Assembly (NCBI GenBank): GCA_951406725.2
Contig: OX597818.1
Location: forward strand, 112,964,001-113,028,000
DNA from: Octopus vulgaris
Taxonomy: Eukaryota
Reading direction: 5' to 3'
DNA: 64,000 nucleotides
Shown here: positions 1-12,888 of the stretch, in pieces
How the letters are laid out: the number at the start of each line of letters is the position of its first letter
Position numbering within the stretch: the stretch's first letter is position 1
Made by a program: the position numbers and the translations under genes
Notes under the pieces: model-generated
Told to the model about the DNA's origin: nothing
Database searches by the model: none
The model's input: only the letters and a program-made list of their open reading frames with translations

Positions 1-151
1 ACTCAAAGTCACACAAGGAACGATCAATTATTTTCTTTATGCATCCTGGTGTTTGCCAAATCTATAACAACAATTTAACAGACGCAGCAGAAAGTCAATC
101 AAAACAATATCGCATCTAACCATTTGTAATACATCCTGGGTGTGTGTGTGT

Positions 152-205
<54 letters not shown>

Positions 206-253
206 AATTAATTTATTATCAGAAGCTGGAACTTAACTGTCAAAGAAGAAATT

Positions 254-578
254 TTAGTCGAAAACATTGCCACCAGTACTTACTTTTTATAAGCCTGGTA
301 CTTACTGTATCGGTCTCTTTTGCCTAGCCACTAAGTCACGGGAACGTAAACATACCACCACCAGTTGTGGGGCAGCGGTGAGGGGATTAATACAGACGCA
401 AAGGCACATGCACTTAGATAATATATATATATATATATATATATATACGATGGGTCCTTTCTAGGTTCCATCTACCAAATCCATCCACAAGGCTTTGGTT
501 GGGCCACTTAGTGGGACTGAAAGGGGGACCATGCTTTTTGGGATGCAAGTTTCTTAACATACGGTCAAGTATAACTCC
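254..578 (-). mobile_element. SINE family A (decayed)
   Basis: Similar to the reverse complement of 15139-15585, with internal (TA)n at 421-447. Confidence 0.7.
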
Positions 579-2042
579 ACCTTTCCATCCTCCTCCCTTT
601 ACTCCTCCTCCCCGTATTCGTCCTCCTCCTCCTCATCCTCAACATCATCATCATTATCATCAGATACATAAAATGCTCCACTGCCTATGACTATGGAGCC
701 ATTTTTGTTTTGGCTAGCGTATACAGATTTTTGGAAACTGAAAACTCGTCTCACCGTCTTCCGTCTTTGCCAGGGCTTTGTACGAGAAACCAGGATTTTC
801 TTGCGTATAATAACCACACAACCGAAGCCTAAATGCTGCAGTTCTTATAACAAGTTTGATGCGATGATACTCAGAGATGAGTGCCATAAATACAGTCTAG
901 TTTTTGATGCGGAATATCTTCACGACTTGCTACTGACATATCTATAATTTTCTCAAATTATCAGTGTTAAACCTATCTTAGGCGATAGATAACAATCTTG
1001 CAAGAGTGTGAAACAGTTGAAGTGAATTTGCCTGACGTTTCTAATGATAGAATTTACTACAGGATCCATAATCTGAAATCTAGTAAGTTATCTATATACA
1101 AACCAATACCTTGAAAGAGAAGCAAGCGATATGAATATCAGATGTGTGCATATTACATAAGTCCTTTATAAGAGAATATAATACTCAACAAAATGCAGCG
1201 AATGTAACAATATTCTAGTATAACATATTTAGATAGGTCACTAATATAAGATATCTCTAAGCATTCATTAAATAACACGGAGAGACTGAGGAATTTCAAC
1301 CGTGTTTCGTGGTCTGCTACCACAACAGCTCCTTTATAGGATCCAGTTAGCTCAAGACATCATCAGGAGGAACCACGTCCGCTTTCGGCCCCTACTCCTC
1401 TACCGTTTTGACGTAGCGGAGCCCCCCTTTCAGAGGTGTCTTCAGCTCTGGTGTTGGGTGCATGTCTGCTTTCATCTTCTTTCTTCTGTTCCCTTGCCTC
1501 TTCGATATAAGATGTTCCGGCGGAAATAAGAGAGCGCTAAACTTCATCAAGTCTATATGAAATATAATAGACAAGAGTAAATTATTTTACATAATTTTAA
1601 GCAATGTTACAGCATCGTTGCAGCAAGAATAATGTTTATTGCTGGAAAGATGTGAAAACTGTTGGTGATGTCAACATATTAGAATAAATTACACTTCATG
1701 GATTGTTAGTATTACTAACGATAATTTCAGATCCATTTAAAAATGACTTATTGTAAAGAGCTGCCGATTCTGTGCAAAAACAAAAACGAAAATCAAGGTC
1801 TTTGCATTCATAGAAATAAATAGCAAGTTCTACTCACGGGGAAATATACAACATCCACACAATGAATCGGAATCTGTGTGTGACAGATGAATTACATTGG
1901 ATAATGTCGCTTAAAATATGGGTCGATAGGATCCACCGATGCTCGTAACTGCTGGAAGGTCTCTGATCAAAATGCATATTGTGTAAACCATGTGAGGCCT
2001 GAAAATTCGACATTTACTATATCCAGTGCTGCATTTTTGTTA

Positions 2043-2238
2043 TATTCTTTTTTCTATTCTTTTATTCTTTGTAATGTTTCAGTCATTTGACTGCAGCCAT
2101 GCTGGAGTACTACCTTTAGTCGAACAAATTGACTGTCTGTAAGCCTAGTACATATTCTATTGGTCTCATTTGCGGAACCGCTAAGTTACGGGAACGTAAA
2201 CACACCGACATCAGGTGTCAAGTGATGGTGGGGGACTA

Positions 2239-2319
<81 letters not shown>

Positions 2320-2536
2320 GAAAATCCCAAAGAGAAACAAACAAAAAACAACAACGGGAGGACGTGGTACATGTAATGTATTAGCAGACGCTCAGGAAAG
2401 GAAAGAAAGATGGTTTAACGTTTCGAGTAGGCGCTCTTTTACGGATACAGAAGAAAGCCCAGAAAAAAATGAAGACGGAGGAAGAAAATCGCCAACAATT
2501 CATATGTGGTTACATTTTGAAAAATCGTATATATAT

Positions 2537-2609
<73 letters not shown>

Positions 2610-2715
2610 TACATATATACGTCTACCAAACCCGAAGCTATAGTAGAAGACACTTTCTCAAGGTGTAACACAATTGAGAAACAAGCTTTCTACAGTACAA
2701 CCACTCATATGCGTT
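2043..2715 (-). mobile_element. SINE family A interrupted by a PLE-like insert
   Basis: Tail 2043-2240, (CA)n/(TA)n, insert 2320-2525, (TA)n, head remnants 2620-2715. Confidence 0.75.
2320..2525 (-). mobile_element. PLE-like fragment inserted in the (TA)n of a SINE
   Basis: The reverse complement has ..aagagcgcctactcGAAACGTTaaa..ttcctgagcgtctgctaataca, similar to the 3771 and 39950 copies. (TA)n lies on both sides. Confidence 0.5.
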
Positions 2716-3511
2716 GAGGGAACATTCTATACAGTTTTCTTTTATTTTAAATGAGTAAGCAGATATTTAGCGTGAGAAAACCAGGTGATCTAGCGAATTA
2801 TTGTCATTTTCTCGAAAAATAACGGAAACAAAAACAGAAGTCTCAATCATCTTTTTTGTAGGAATTTCTCAAGTTTTCTAGTAAATTTACAAGTTTTCCT
2901 CTGCTATTTATATTTTACTAACAAGCAATGTATATTCACTCAGATCACTTGAGGCAAGTACGTGTAGATAACTTAAAAGTAGATCGGCTGAACGAATAAT
3001 GAAAATATCATATCGTTCCGCTGGAAGAACTTAATTGTCAGTTACCAGAGTTATTATTTAAATTTATGGTTTTCTAGCAGAATTTCAGTACAAGACAAGA
3101 AGACTGCAACAGATACTGTGAATCTACTGAAGAACTCAAATGTTTAAAAGCTTTAAGAAGTGCCTCAATAGAAGAAACCGATAAAAGTGTGTAGTAAAAT
3201 TAAATGGAAAAAGTTACAAAAATTCGACATTTATAGAAATCAATATTACAGGAGTTACCCGACAATGAGAAATTATAATTAATATGAACTTCATTTTCCT
3301 GAAATAGCTACTAATTCTATATCAATCAACAATGAAATATTGAAGTAAAGCTGAGGACTTGAATACTAAATTTCATGCCACAAAATGGTCGCGAAGAAAA
3401 CACATGAGAACATAGATTATATCTGATTTTGAAATTAAACAAACTCGAAACAGCCTGAATGATGAATCTAGTACATACATCATATCACCGATATATAAAT
3501 ATATATGACTG

Positions 3512-3693
<182 letters not shown>

Positions 3694-3729
3694 AATTTAA
3701 TTTTTCATTTTGAATTGATAAAAGGTGTT

Positions 3730-3770
<41 letters not shown>

Positions 3771-3774
<4 letters not shown>

Positions 3775-3958
3775 GGAATTTATAGAAAAAGAACAGAAAA
3801 TAGAGACGAGTGTGTAACCAACAAACAGATTATTAGTTTAACGCTCGGGAAGTGAAAGAGTCGTTTACGTTTTGTGCCTACACTCTTCAACAGAAAGGAA
3901 CACAGAAATAAGCAGAGAGAGAAAATCTAAAAGTCTTAGTGGCTAGCGATCAATCATG
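3771..3958 (-). mobile_element. Second copy of the 39950 PLE-like family
   Basis: The reverse complement ttcctttctgttgaagagtgtaggcacaaaacgtaaa...ttcccgagcgttaaactaata...ttccaact aligns with 39977-40113 and ends at (TA)n. Confidence 0.65.
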
Positions 3959-4701
3959 TGTGTGCGTTTGTGCGTGTGTGTGTGTATGTGCGTGTGTGTG
4001 CATATATATGCAACAATTATCAATTGTAGAAATACATCAAAAATGTGGGTTAAGAGAATTTAAAATTACCATTGGACAGATATTTTTAAAACATCAAGTG
4101 TTCTACTGTTCACAGAAATAGCCTTGTAATTTTAAACTCCTAAAACACCAATTTTTAAAAATATATATATTTGTAACCTTGATAAAAATATGTCGAAAAT
4201 AGTTTTGCGTGTGAATAAATTTCTTTAAAAAAACGCTACGCTTTATTCAGATTTGAGTCGCATTTTAACACCCGAAAACAAATTCTATATTTCTCCTCCG
4301 TAGGAATAGACTTCTTCTTTCGATATATGTATACATATTAATTAAGCAGAAAATGTAGAAATCGAGATCAACGACAATTGACTAAAATCGATTATTATAT
4401 TTTGATGCAAAACTTTATCCCATCTAACAGCCGTTTCTGCTTCCAATCTCCTACGGTGTTGCCACTGAGAATAATATTCATCATATTGCAGTGTAACACT
4501 TCAGGACGTTGGGTAAATGACAAAATTAGAAATATTAATTGGCAGGATAAATTCATGCTTATCTTTGTCATTACCTGTAATCTATGAGCATAGTATGCTT
4601 GCATATGTATACACAGGGTTAACATAGGTAATTTATACACCGGCAGCAAAAGCGGATATTTTATCCCTTAGACGGTTATTCCAGCCTCTAACTCTGCAAA
4701 T

Positions 4702-4789
<88 letters not shown>

Positions 4790-5038
4790 AGTGTGCGTGT
4801 ATGTATGTAAATATGTATGTACGTACGCATGTATGTATGTATGTATGTAGATATACATACAGAGAGAGAGAGAAAGAGAGAGGAAGAGAAGGAGATAGAT
4901 ACCTAGATAGACCGATACTAACATACAAACACACGCATACACACACACATATACATATGTAGACATATACGTATATTTGTATTAAGATATATTTATTTTT
5001 TGCGTATACGTTAACGTAAATATACACATACATGTGTG

Positions 5039-5089
<51 letters not shown>

Positions 5090-5091
<2 letters not shown>

Positions 5092-5365
5092 ATCCCACGG
5101 AGGAATGAAGACGGTACGGTTTCATAATGTTACAATGTCTTATTACAATGTCTTATTATGGCTAGAATATTTTATTATCAGTTAACTCATTAGTTTATAT
5201 AAACCGTGCTCCGTAGAGATGAAACCGTTCCTCTAACCGTTCGAAACGATCATTGCCCTGCAAAACATTTATGTAAGAATGCCTTTTCAACTTTTCGTCT
5301 CCTGCTTTTTATAATCTGTGGTAAATGCAACAAATTGATGTTGGAATCCCCCTAGGATTTACAAT
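5090..5365 (+). mobile_element. PLE-like terminus with truncated long-stem-II hammerhead-like motif
   Basis: ATGAAG-acggt-acggtttcat ... atgaaaccgt ... accgt-tc-GAAAC-gatc-att, starting at (TA)n. Confidence 0.45.
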
Positions 5366-6817
5366 ATGCAGGCAATGTTCTGGGTATTTAACCCATACGG
5401 TCTTTCAGTTTCTTCCTTTGGCATTCTGCGAGCCAGATTTTTCGCACGGATTGTTGACTGAGTTATTCGCCTGGATTCCTTTGTAAATGCAAAAGAATGA
5501 AAATATTGATGTTTGCAATACTTCCGACCATGTTCTTGCATAGTCGAACGTGAAAGTGACAATTTCCTGTGAGTTATCACATTGGAGATTGGCATCCTAC
5601 TGTTCCTTCTAAATATATGGAAACAACACATTTCCACCAAAAGATATAAATCATTTACAAAACATAGTTTTTAAGCTTAATTTTCAGTGTCCTCCGATGC
5701 AATGTTCTGAACTGAAGAGACATTTTCACATATCTCTGTATCACCTGTATCGAAGTCAGTAACACATTTGTGTATAATATTTGATGATGATTATGATGGC
5801 GATTATAATGACGATAATACATGTGTATCAATATATATATATTTCTGAGTTTGTGCAGCATGAGTCGATTTATCTTTCTTGGGTAACCGGGAAGAATATA
5901 CGGATAGCGTTGTGTTAAAAAGAATATTAACATAGGTCAATCCAGCTGCGAATTATCTTAACATATTGACTTCTGTGCCTTCCACCATAATCACCTGCTC
6001 AGTTCACCAGTTAAAATTTCGCCAAACAAAAATTTTTTAAATAGACATTTTTTTTTTTTTTTATTATTATTTTATTTTACAAGAAAATCTGATTTCTTAA
6101 TAAGACATAACTCTCTTAGTCTATGATTGTTGTTTGATAACCATGTAATCTTATTTGAAGACATATAAAACGCTACCAGTCTGGAGAACTATCAAATTTG
6201 AAGAAGAGATAATCATACTTGAGAGAAATACATGGACAGAAGCCAATTATAATTATCAATGATTGTTGTTCTGTCAGCAATCTCTCCATTAACGTGATGT
6301 ACGAAACAATTTCTTGATCTTTGTCCGTTTGATCGTTTGTCAAATGAGAGAGCAATATTCAGCCGCACTTTTTAAATCGTGTATTTCAAACACTTTTGAA
6401 GTAGTGAAGCATTTACAAATATTTTATAATTAATTCCCTCGGTGTTTTGTAAAAGTAGATTCTTTTGTTTCTTGTGGCATGTCTGTTTCAGAAATAACTA
6501 TGAAATTATACATTGCAAATGCCTTTGATTTTTTTTTTAAAAAAGGTGATACATATCCTCATCAAAAGTCTATATAGTTTTTTTTTTCATTTTGTATAAT
6601 TTAGATATTTGTTTAGTAATAAAATGTAGCTTTTATAATGCAAAGAAAATAAAGTAGAGTCCCTCGAGTAATTAACAAAACCCGCAGTAATGTGTTTGAT
6701 ATGCTTGTGAGTGTGTGTGTGTGTGTGTGCTTATGCATATATGGTTGTGACGCAAACACGTACGCACACTCACTCATTCATTCACTCACTCATTCTTACA
6801 CATACACACACACTCAC

Positions 6818-6833
6818 ATATATATATATATAT

Positions 6834-6886
<53 letters not shown>

Positions 6887-7026
6887 AAGATAGACAGATA
6901 GATAGATAGATAAATAGATAGGTAGATAGGTAGATAGATAGATAGATAGATAGATAGGTAGATAGGTAGATAGGTAGATAGATAGATAGATAGATAGATA
7001 GGTAGATAGGTAGATAGGTAGATAGA

Positions 7027-7078
<52 letters not shown>

Positions 7079-7087
7079 TAGATAGAC

Positions 7088-7138
<51 letters not shown>

Positions 7139-7201
7139 CAGACATACAGGCAGGCAGACAGACAGACAGACAGACTGACAGACAGCCCGACAGACAAACA
7201 T

Positions 7202-7268
<67 letters not shown>

Positions 7269-7270
7269 TA
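6818..7270. repeat. Compound microsatellite (TA)n-(GATA)n/(GACA)n/(GGTA)
   Basis: Directly visible, ~450 bp. Source of the spurious 'IYLS' ORFs. Confidence 0.97.
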
Positions 7271-7785
7271 CATACATACGTATATACATATAGAAAATCC
7301 TCTGAAATAGATACACATATAATGTTTCGTACGAGTGAAAATTTTGCAAGAGTAAAGAACTATGAATATGCAACGACATCAGGTTTGTTCCGCTCTGCTC
7401 ATTGAGTTGCGGAAACGACTTTTAAAGAATGAAATCAGTCGAGAAAAATAGTTATCTATCCATGAGATATCATTTGAAATTCTCATCACGCTTCTTAATT
7501 AGTTCAAGAAAAATTTTAAATTTGAATAGATTCTTAAAATATCATGAGCAAACTTTAGTAATTAATAAAACAATATACTTTTCTTAAATAAATTGCATCG
7601 CAATCATTTTTTGAATTATTGTTGAAAATTATTTTCAATTGAAATCTTCAAAAACAATGTCACGCAAAGAAAAGAATTTTAACATCGCTTCATTCTTCGT
7701 TCCTTCATCATCCTTTGACATCTGCCGCTAACTATGATAACTAAACATTCGTATGTTGTTACTCTCATATAACCAGGTGCTGTGA

Positions 7786-8108
7786 GGGCGCGTGGCTTAG
7801 TGGTTAGGGCATTCGGCTCATGATCGTAAGGTTGTGAGTTCGATTCCCGGCGACGCGTTGTGTCCTTGAGCAAGACACTTTATTTCACGTTGCTCCAGTC
7901 CACTCAGCTGGCAAAAATGAGTTGTACTTGTATTTCAAAGGGTCAGCCTTGTCACTCTCTGTGTCACGCTGATTATCCCCGAGAACTACGTTAAGGGTAC
8001 ACGTGTCTGTGGAATGCTCAGCCATTTGCACGTTAATTTCACGAGCAAGCTGTTCCGTTGATCGTATCAGCTGGGACCCTCGTCGTCGTAACCGGCGGAG
8101 TCTTTTTT
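7786..8108 (+). mobile_element. tRNA-derived SINE (head C, tail X), well preserved
   Basis: A box TGGCTTAGTGG, B box GTTCGATTCC, core ttgtgtccttgagcaagacacttta, tail shared with 54981-55158 and 63570-63752, T-run end. Confidence 0.88.
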
Positions 8109-8461
8109 TAACCAGGTGCACGTTTTGTATTCTAAACCCATTTTCTAAATTCGTGGAACGTGTTAAAAATGAATCTTATTCTCAGAATAACAACACATTA
8201 TTTCTAATATTTTCCCAAGGACAAAAAATTGGAAGAGAGTTAATTAGTGAACTGGATCCATTCCACTGTTGGAAATTTTATTTTAAAAAGACCAGAAGTT
8301 TAATAGGCTTAACATATTGCATGGTGTTTTGAATTCAGAACGTAGAGAGATGGGTCTAGAATCGGAAGGCATTTGTTTTGATACCTAGACGATTCTCTCA
8401 ATTCACATCCCTACATTTTTATTGAATACTTATAACGTGCTGCTGAGAGAAAAGATTCTGA

Positions 8462-8663
8462 ATGGCACAAGACCTGAATTTTTGGGGGAGGGGCCAGTCG
8501 ATTAGATCGACTCCTGTATGTAAATGATACTTAATTTATCGACCCCCGAAAGTAAGAAAGGCAAAGTCGACCTCGGTGGAATTTGAACTCAGAACGTAGC
8601 AGCGGGCGAAATGCCGCTAAGTATTTCGTCCAGCGTGCTAACGACTCTGCTAGCTCGCAACTT
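8462..8663 (-). mobile_element. tRNA-derived SINE family N with Nin/Deu-like central domain
   Basis: The minus strand reads gagctagcagagtcgttag..gagttcaaattcc (A/B boxes), then gaggtcgactttgccttt..ggggtcgataaattaagta, resembling the Nin domain. Confidence 0.8.
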
Positions 8664-9689
8664 AGTGAATGGATAAATGATATAGTGGTAAATATGTCTT
8701 AGGAAAATATTGTACTATAGAAATGAATTGAGTTGCAGAAGTACGAGTTAAGCGTTATTACGAATAAATCTTTGGTTACATGCGTTTGAATCAGTCAGTT
8801 TGACGAGCACCAATTTAGAATAGTCAGCTCCCATTCAGGGTCAGTATAACTGAAACACTTGTTTCAAATCATATGTGATTCTTCCACTTTCGGAAAGCTA
8901 ATATAGAACTAATCCAAGAGATAATAATATACTGTGATTGCTTACTGTAATGGGGATTGTAGCTACACGTCGACGTTGATGCTATTAAACGAAGACAAAA
9001 TATCCAGCTTAGATATTAATATATTTTTCCTAAAGCATATTTGTATAGACAAAATTGCTTTTCTTGCGACACAGGTGTCAGTTGAACATTAACTGTGATA
9101 TATATTTGATCAAGTTGACTGTGAGGGCATATAATATGCATATTTTGCTTATATATAGTTGCATTATTTTAAATCGGTCCATTGCTTTAATATTTAAAGT
9201 CTTATATATGTAGTATGCTATTTGTCTCAATAAAGCCACTATGTGATCGTTTCAAGCATAAATATTTGTCAGCGTATATACGAAAAGAAACCAAACATAA
9301 CGCATTTTGTTTCACGAACAAAACATATAAGCTATTGATTTATAAGTACACCTACATTCCACATTGGCAGCTGCTGTGTTCATAACTTTATGGAAATATA
9401 TATGCCTCTTTATATTATCTACTTTTTCGTTTCGAAATATCTCCTTTTATCACATGTATCAATATATTATACAGCAAAGAGGCGCTAGTTGTAATGTTTA
9501 TTGTAGTATGTAAGAAGTAATAAGAGATTTAAAAATATATTGCTTCCATGATCTTACTATTAAACAATTCCGTTGTTTGGCTGCAGGTACTAGCATGTTC
9601 ATCGTGGGCTGAAGTAATATTGGTGAACGGAAAGTAATTGCGCTTTCAGATTTGAAATTTATTGAAATATCTCTCAACAGATAATATCT

Positions 9690-10009
9690 TTTTTTACCTT
9701 TATGTTTTACGTTTTTCGGTCATTTGACTGCGACAGTGTTGGGGCGTGCATCTTGAAAACATTTAGTCGAGAGCGTCGACCGCGGTACTTATTAAAGTAT
9801 GGTGCTTATTTCCTTCTTTATCGCTAAGTTACGGGGCCGTAAACACACCAACACACATTGTCAAGTAGTGCTGCTGGACTACCAAAGACAAAAAGACGCG
9901 TACACACACTCATATATTTATACGTACACACAGGCACACACATGCATACACACATCTACACACACAGACACACACACCTACACACACACATACACACACA
10001 CACACACAT

Positions 10010-10069
<60 letters not shown>

Positions 10070-10200
10070 AGGGCTTCTTCCAGTTTCTGTCCACTAAATC
10101 CACACTCAAGGAACTTAGTTAGCCCGAATCTGTAGTGGGACTGAAACCGGAACAGTATGGTTGGGAAGCAAGCTTCTTACCACACAACCACGACAGCATC
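9690..10200 (-). mobile_element. SINE family A
   Basis: catttgactgcg..ttagtcga..cgctaagttacgggg..(CA)n(TA)n..gggcttctt..gcaagcttcttaccacaca. Confidence 0.8.
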
Positions 10201-10212
10201 TATATATTTATA

Positions 10213-10577
10213 TGCAGGCTATTCAAAAAGTCTTCTCAATAACTATTTCATTGCAAAATAAATATTTATAAGATGGTCTGAGGCTACAAAAGAATATATT
10301 AGAATTTACAAGACTTTTAAAAACAACTTTATAGGAGGTATTGAAAATGTCGTCCATTATTTTCAATGCATAAGTTGACTCTTCTACACATCTTTTGAAA
10401 TACATCTTGGAGAGTCTGACGCGGTACGGAAAGTGTGAAATTTCGGGCGATTCTTGTACACTGATCCTTTACTTGCTCCCCAGAAACAAAAGTCTGGTGG
10501 TTTTAAATCAGGTGATTTGATGCCCAAAGCCTTAACCGAAACATTCACTGCGGGGAGACTTTTTCAACACCCTGTAT
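10213..10577 (-). mobile_element. Internally deleted Tc1/mariner-type DNA transposon with degenerate TIRs
   Basis: The minus strand encodes SPDLKPPDFCFWG..VYKNRP and, in a shifted frame, QDVFQKMCRRVNLCIENNGRHFQYLL* (typical transposase C-terminus). The right end read inward (tacagggtgttgaaaaagtctccccgca) resembles the left end (tgcaggctattcaaaaagtcttctcaa). Confidence 0.75.
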
Positions 10578-11253
10578 CTATTTCTTCATGTCACATTACC
10601 AAACATAGCATGACAAGGTTGATATTTAATGCATTGATAAACATTTACTTTAAGCAGGGAATATTCAATATTTCGTCATTTTTTTCTTGTATCCCTTAAC
10701 GGTTAAAGAAAACACGATTATTGAATATCTGTTTTACTCCTATTTTGCGCAAGGGAGTAAACTATATTGATTAGCATTGACGATAAAAGCACTTCATATT
10801 TCATTCTTAAAAACGTTGAGAACAATCAATTTTTGATGTCAAATTTATAGGAAATTCTAATCAAGTACTAAAGTGCTTACAATATTCTATCTTTTACCGA
10901 GAAATATAACATACTCGATTATAAATACAGACATCATTCTTAAACCAAAATCCATTTTAGTCCACATCATTATTATAAAACTTGTAGAAATTTGTCAGTC
11001 AATTATAAGTTAGAGATTCTAATACAGTAATCGCGTTCTCATTTTCCAAAGTTTTCGTTTGTTTTCCGATGTTAGTGAAGTAATATATTGGTCCCATAAG
11101 ATGGGAAAATACATAAATTTTTATAACTATATCTTTCATTCGATTTCGGCATTGGACCAAAAATATATAACTATATGTATGTGTCAATGTTTGTTCAAAC
11201 ACATATTTGTTTATATATGCTTATAAGTCTGTTCCTCTCTCTCTCTCCCTCTT

Positions 11254-11299
<46 letters not shown>

Positions 11300-11461
11300 C
11301 CATAAACAATATATATATGCATATATACATACGTATATATACATACATTTATACGTATATATATATATATATGTGTGTGTGTGTATGTATGTATGTATGT
11401 ATGTACGTATGTATGTATGTATGTATGTTTGTATGTATGTATATATGTATGTATGTATATG

Positions 11462-11940
11462 TGGCCATGGGCGTCATGGAACGTGTGCAACAAAAAATGC
11501 GAAGTACGAGTATATAGAATAAGAACTATTTTTACGAAAAACGAAAGAGAAAAATGGAAAACAAGACAAAGAACGACCCCTCATCAGTTGTTGGCTGTTT
11601 TTTTCTAATTTCGTATTTCGAGCATTTAACAACAATATATGCTTTCGATAAAACAGTTGCTCCCGTAAAGCAAATTAAATGAACGTTGGGATTTTGCGGA
11701 AGGTCAAAATTGGTAACACACACAGGAGAGTGAAAACAAACAGGAAGGGCTGCTAAGCCCTGTTAATGAAGCTTGGACAGGAGACAGACAAGAACACGTC
11801 TACCTTGTTCCAGCTACAACAGAGAGAAAGAAAGAAACACCAGTTAGGAGAAGAAAGATGGCCGATGGTCAAGTAGGAGCCACGGGAGCAAGGGAAGAGG
11901 AGTGAGGGAGAGAGGGTGACAGAGTAATATGATAGCATAG
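11462..11940 (-). mobile_element. PLE-like terminal fragment
   Basis: The minus strand has an agcat...atgct-cGAAA stem followed by CTGATGAgggg and a T-rich tail into microsatellite. A related segment lies at 29272-29460. Confidence 0.4.
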
Positions 11941-12074
11941 TAGGAGTAGAAGAGGTAAAAGAGAAAAAGAGAAAAACGAAAGAGTAAAAAGATTGTATAG
12001 AATGCGCATCAGAATTATATATATACAATTATGAAGTACTACTAATAGTTAAATGCTTTAAGGTACATTAAAAT

Positions 12075-12114
<40 letters not shown>

Positions 12115-12471
12115 ATTTATTGCTAAGCAATCTTTTACGTCAGTTCATAACGTTATATGCATTTCCAAACTAGGATACAAGACCATGAATTAAAAAATTG
12201 AGTAAAACAACAAATAAATCGTTGCTATTATGCAAACACAACGTAAGTCCAAAACGTTGCCTTTTTCAGAAAACGAAAAAATAATTCCACCATTCCAAAG
12301 CGAAACCGTTGTACTACACTTAGATACGTTTTGATATCTTGGCATGTGAAGCAGCTGGAGATACGATGGTTTGACCAAAATAACCGGCTATTGCAAGCAA
12401 AAAACAAATGTTTAAAAAAGAAACGTATTTGGCCAAATTTGGACATACGAGAGTTTAACAAAATAGCAATG

Positions 12472-12888
<417 letters not shown>

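Noticed and set aside
3078-3194. Plus-strand frame QNFSTRQEDCNRYCESTEELKCLKALRSASIEETDKSV* after an acceptor, faintly like carboxylesterase 'CLR' helices
   Set aside because: Too short, ends in a stop, and no other esterase motifs occur in the window.
5359-6355. Cluster of 60-93 aa minus-strand ORFs and possible terminal exons
   Set aside because: The frames cannot be joined into a consistent gene model and no homology is recognisable.
6782-7379. Long ORFs of 127-197 aa (IYLS repeats) and the many YI/HT/CV/MYVC ORFs across the window
   Set aside because: They are translations of stop-free microsatellites, not genes.
7786-7860. tRNA gene-like sequences (also 12815-12888, 15961-16030, 33875-33950, 34745-34818, 63860-63935)
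   Set aside because: A/B boxes are present but acceptor stems do not close and each continues into a repeat body, so they are SINE heads.
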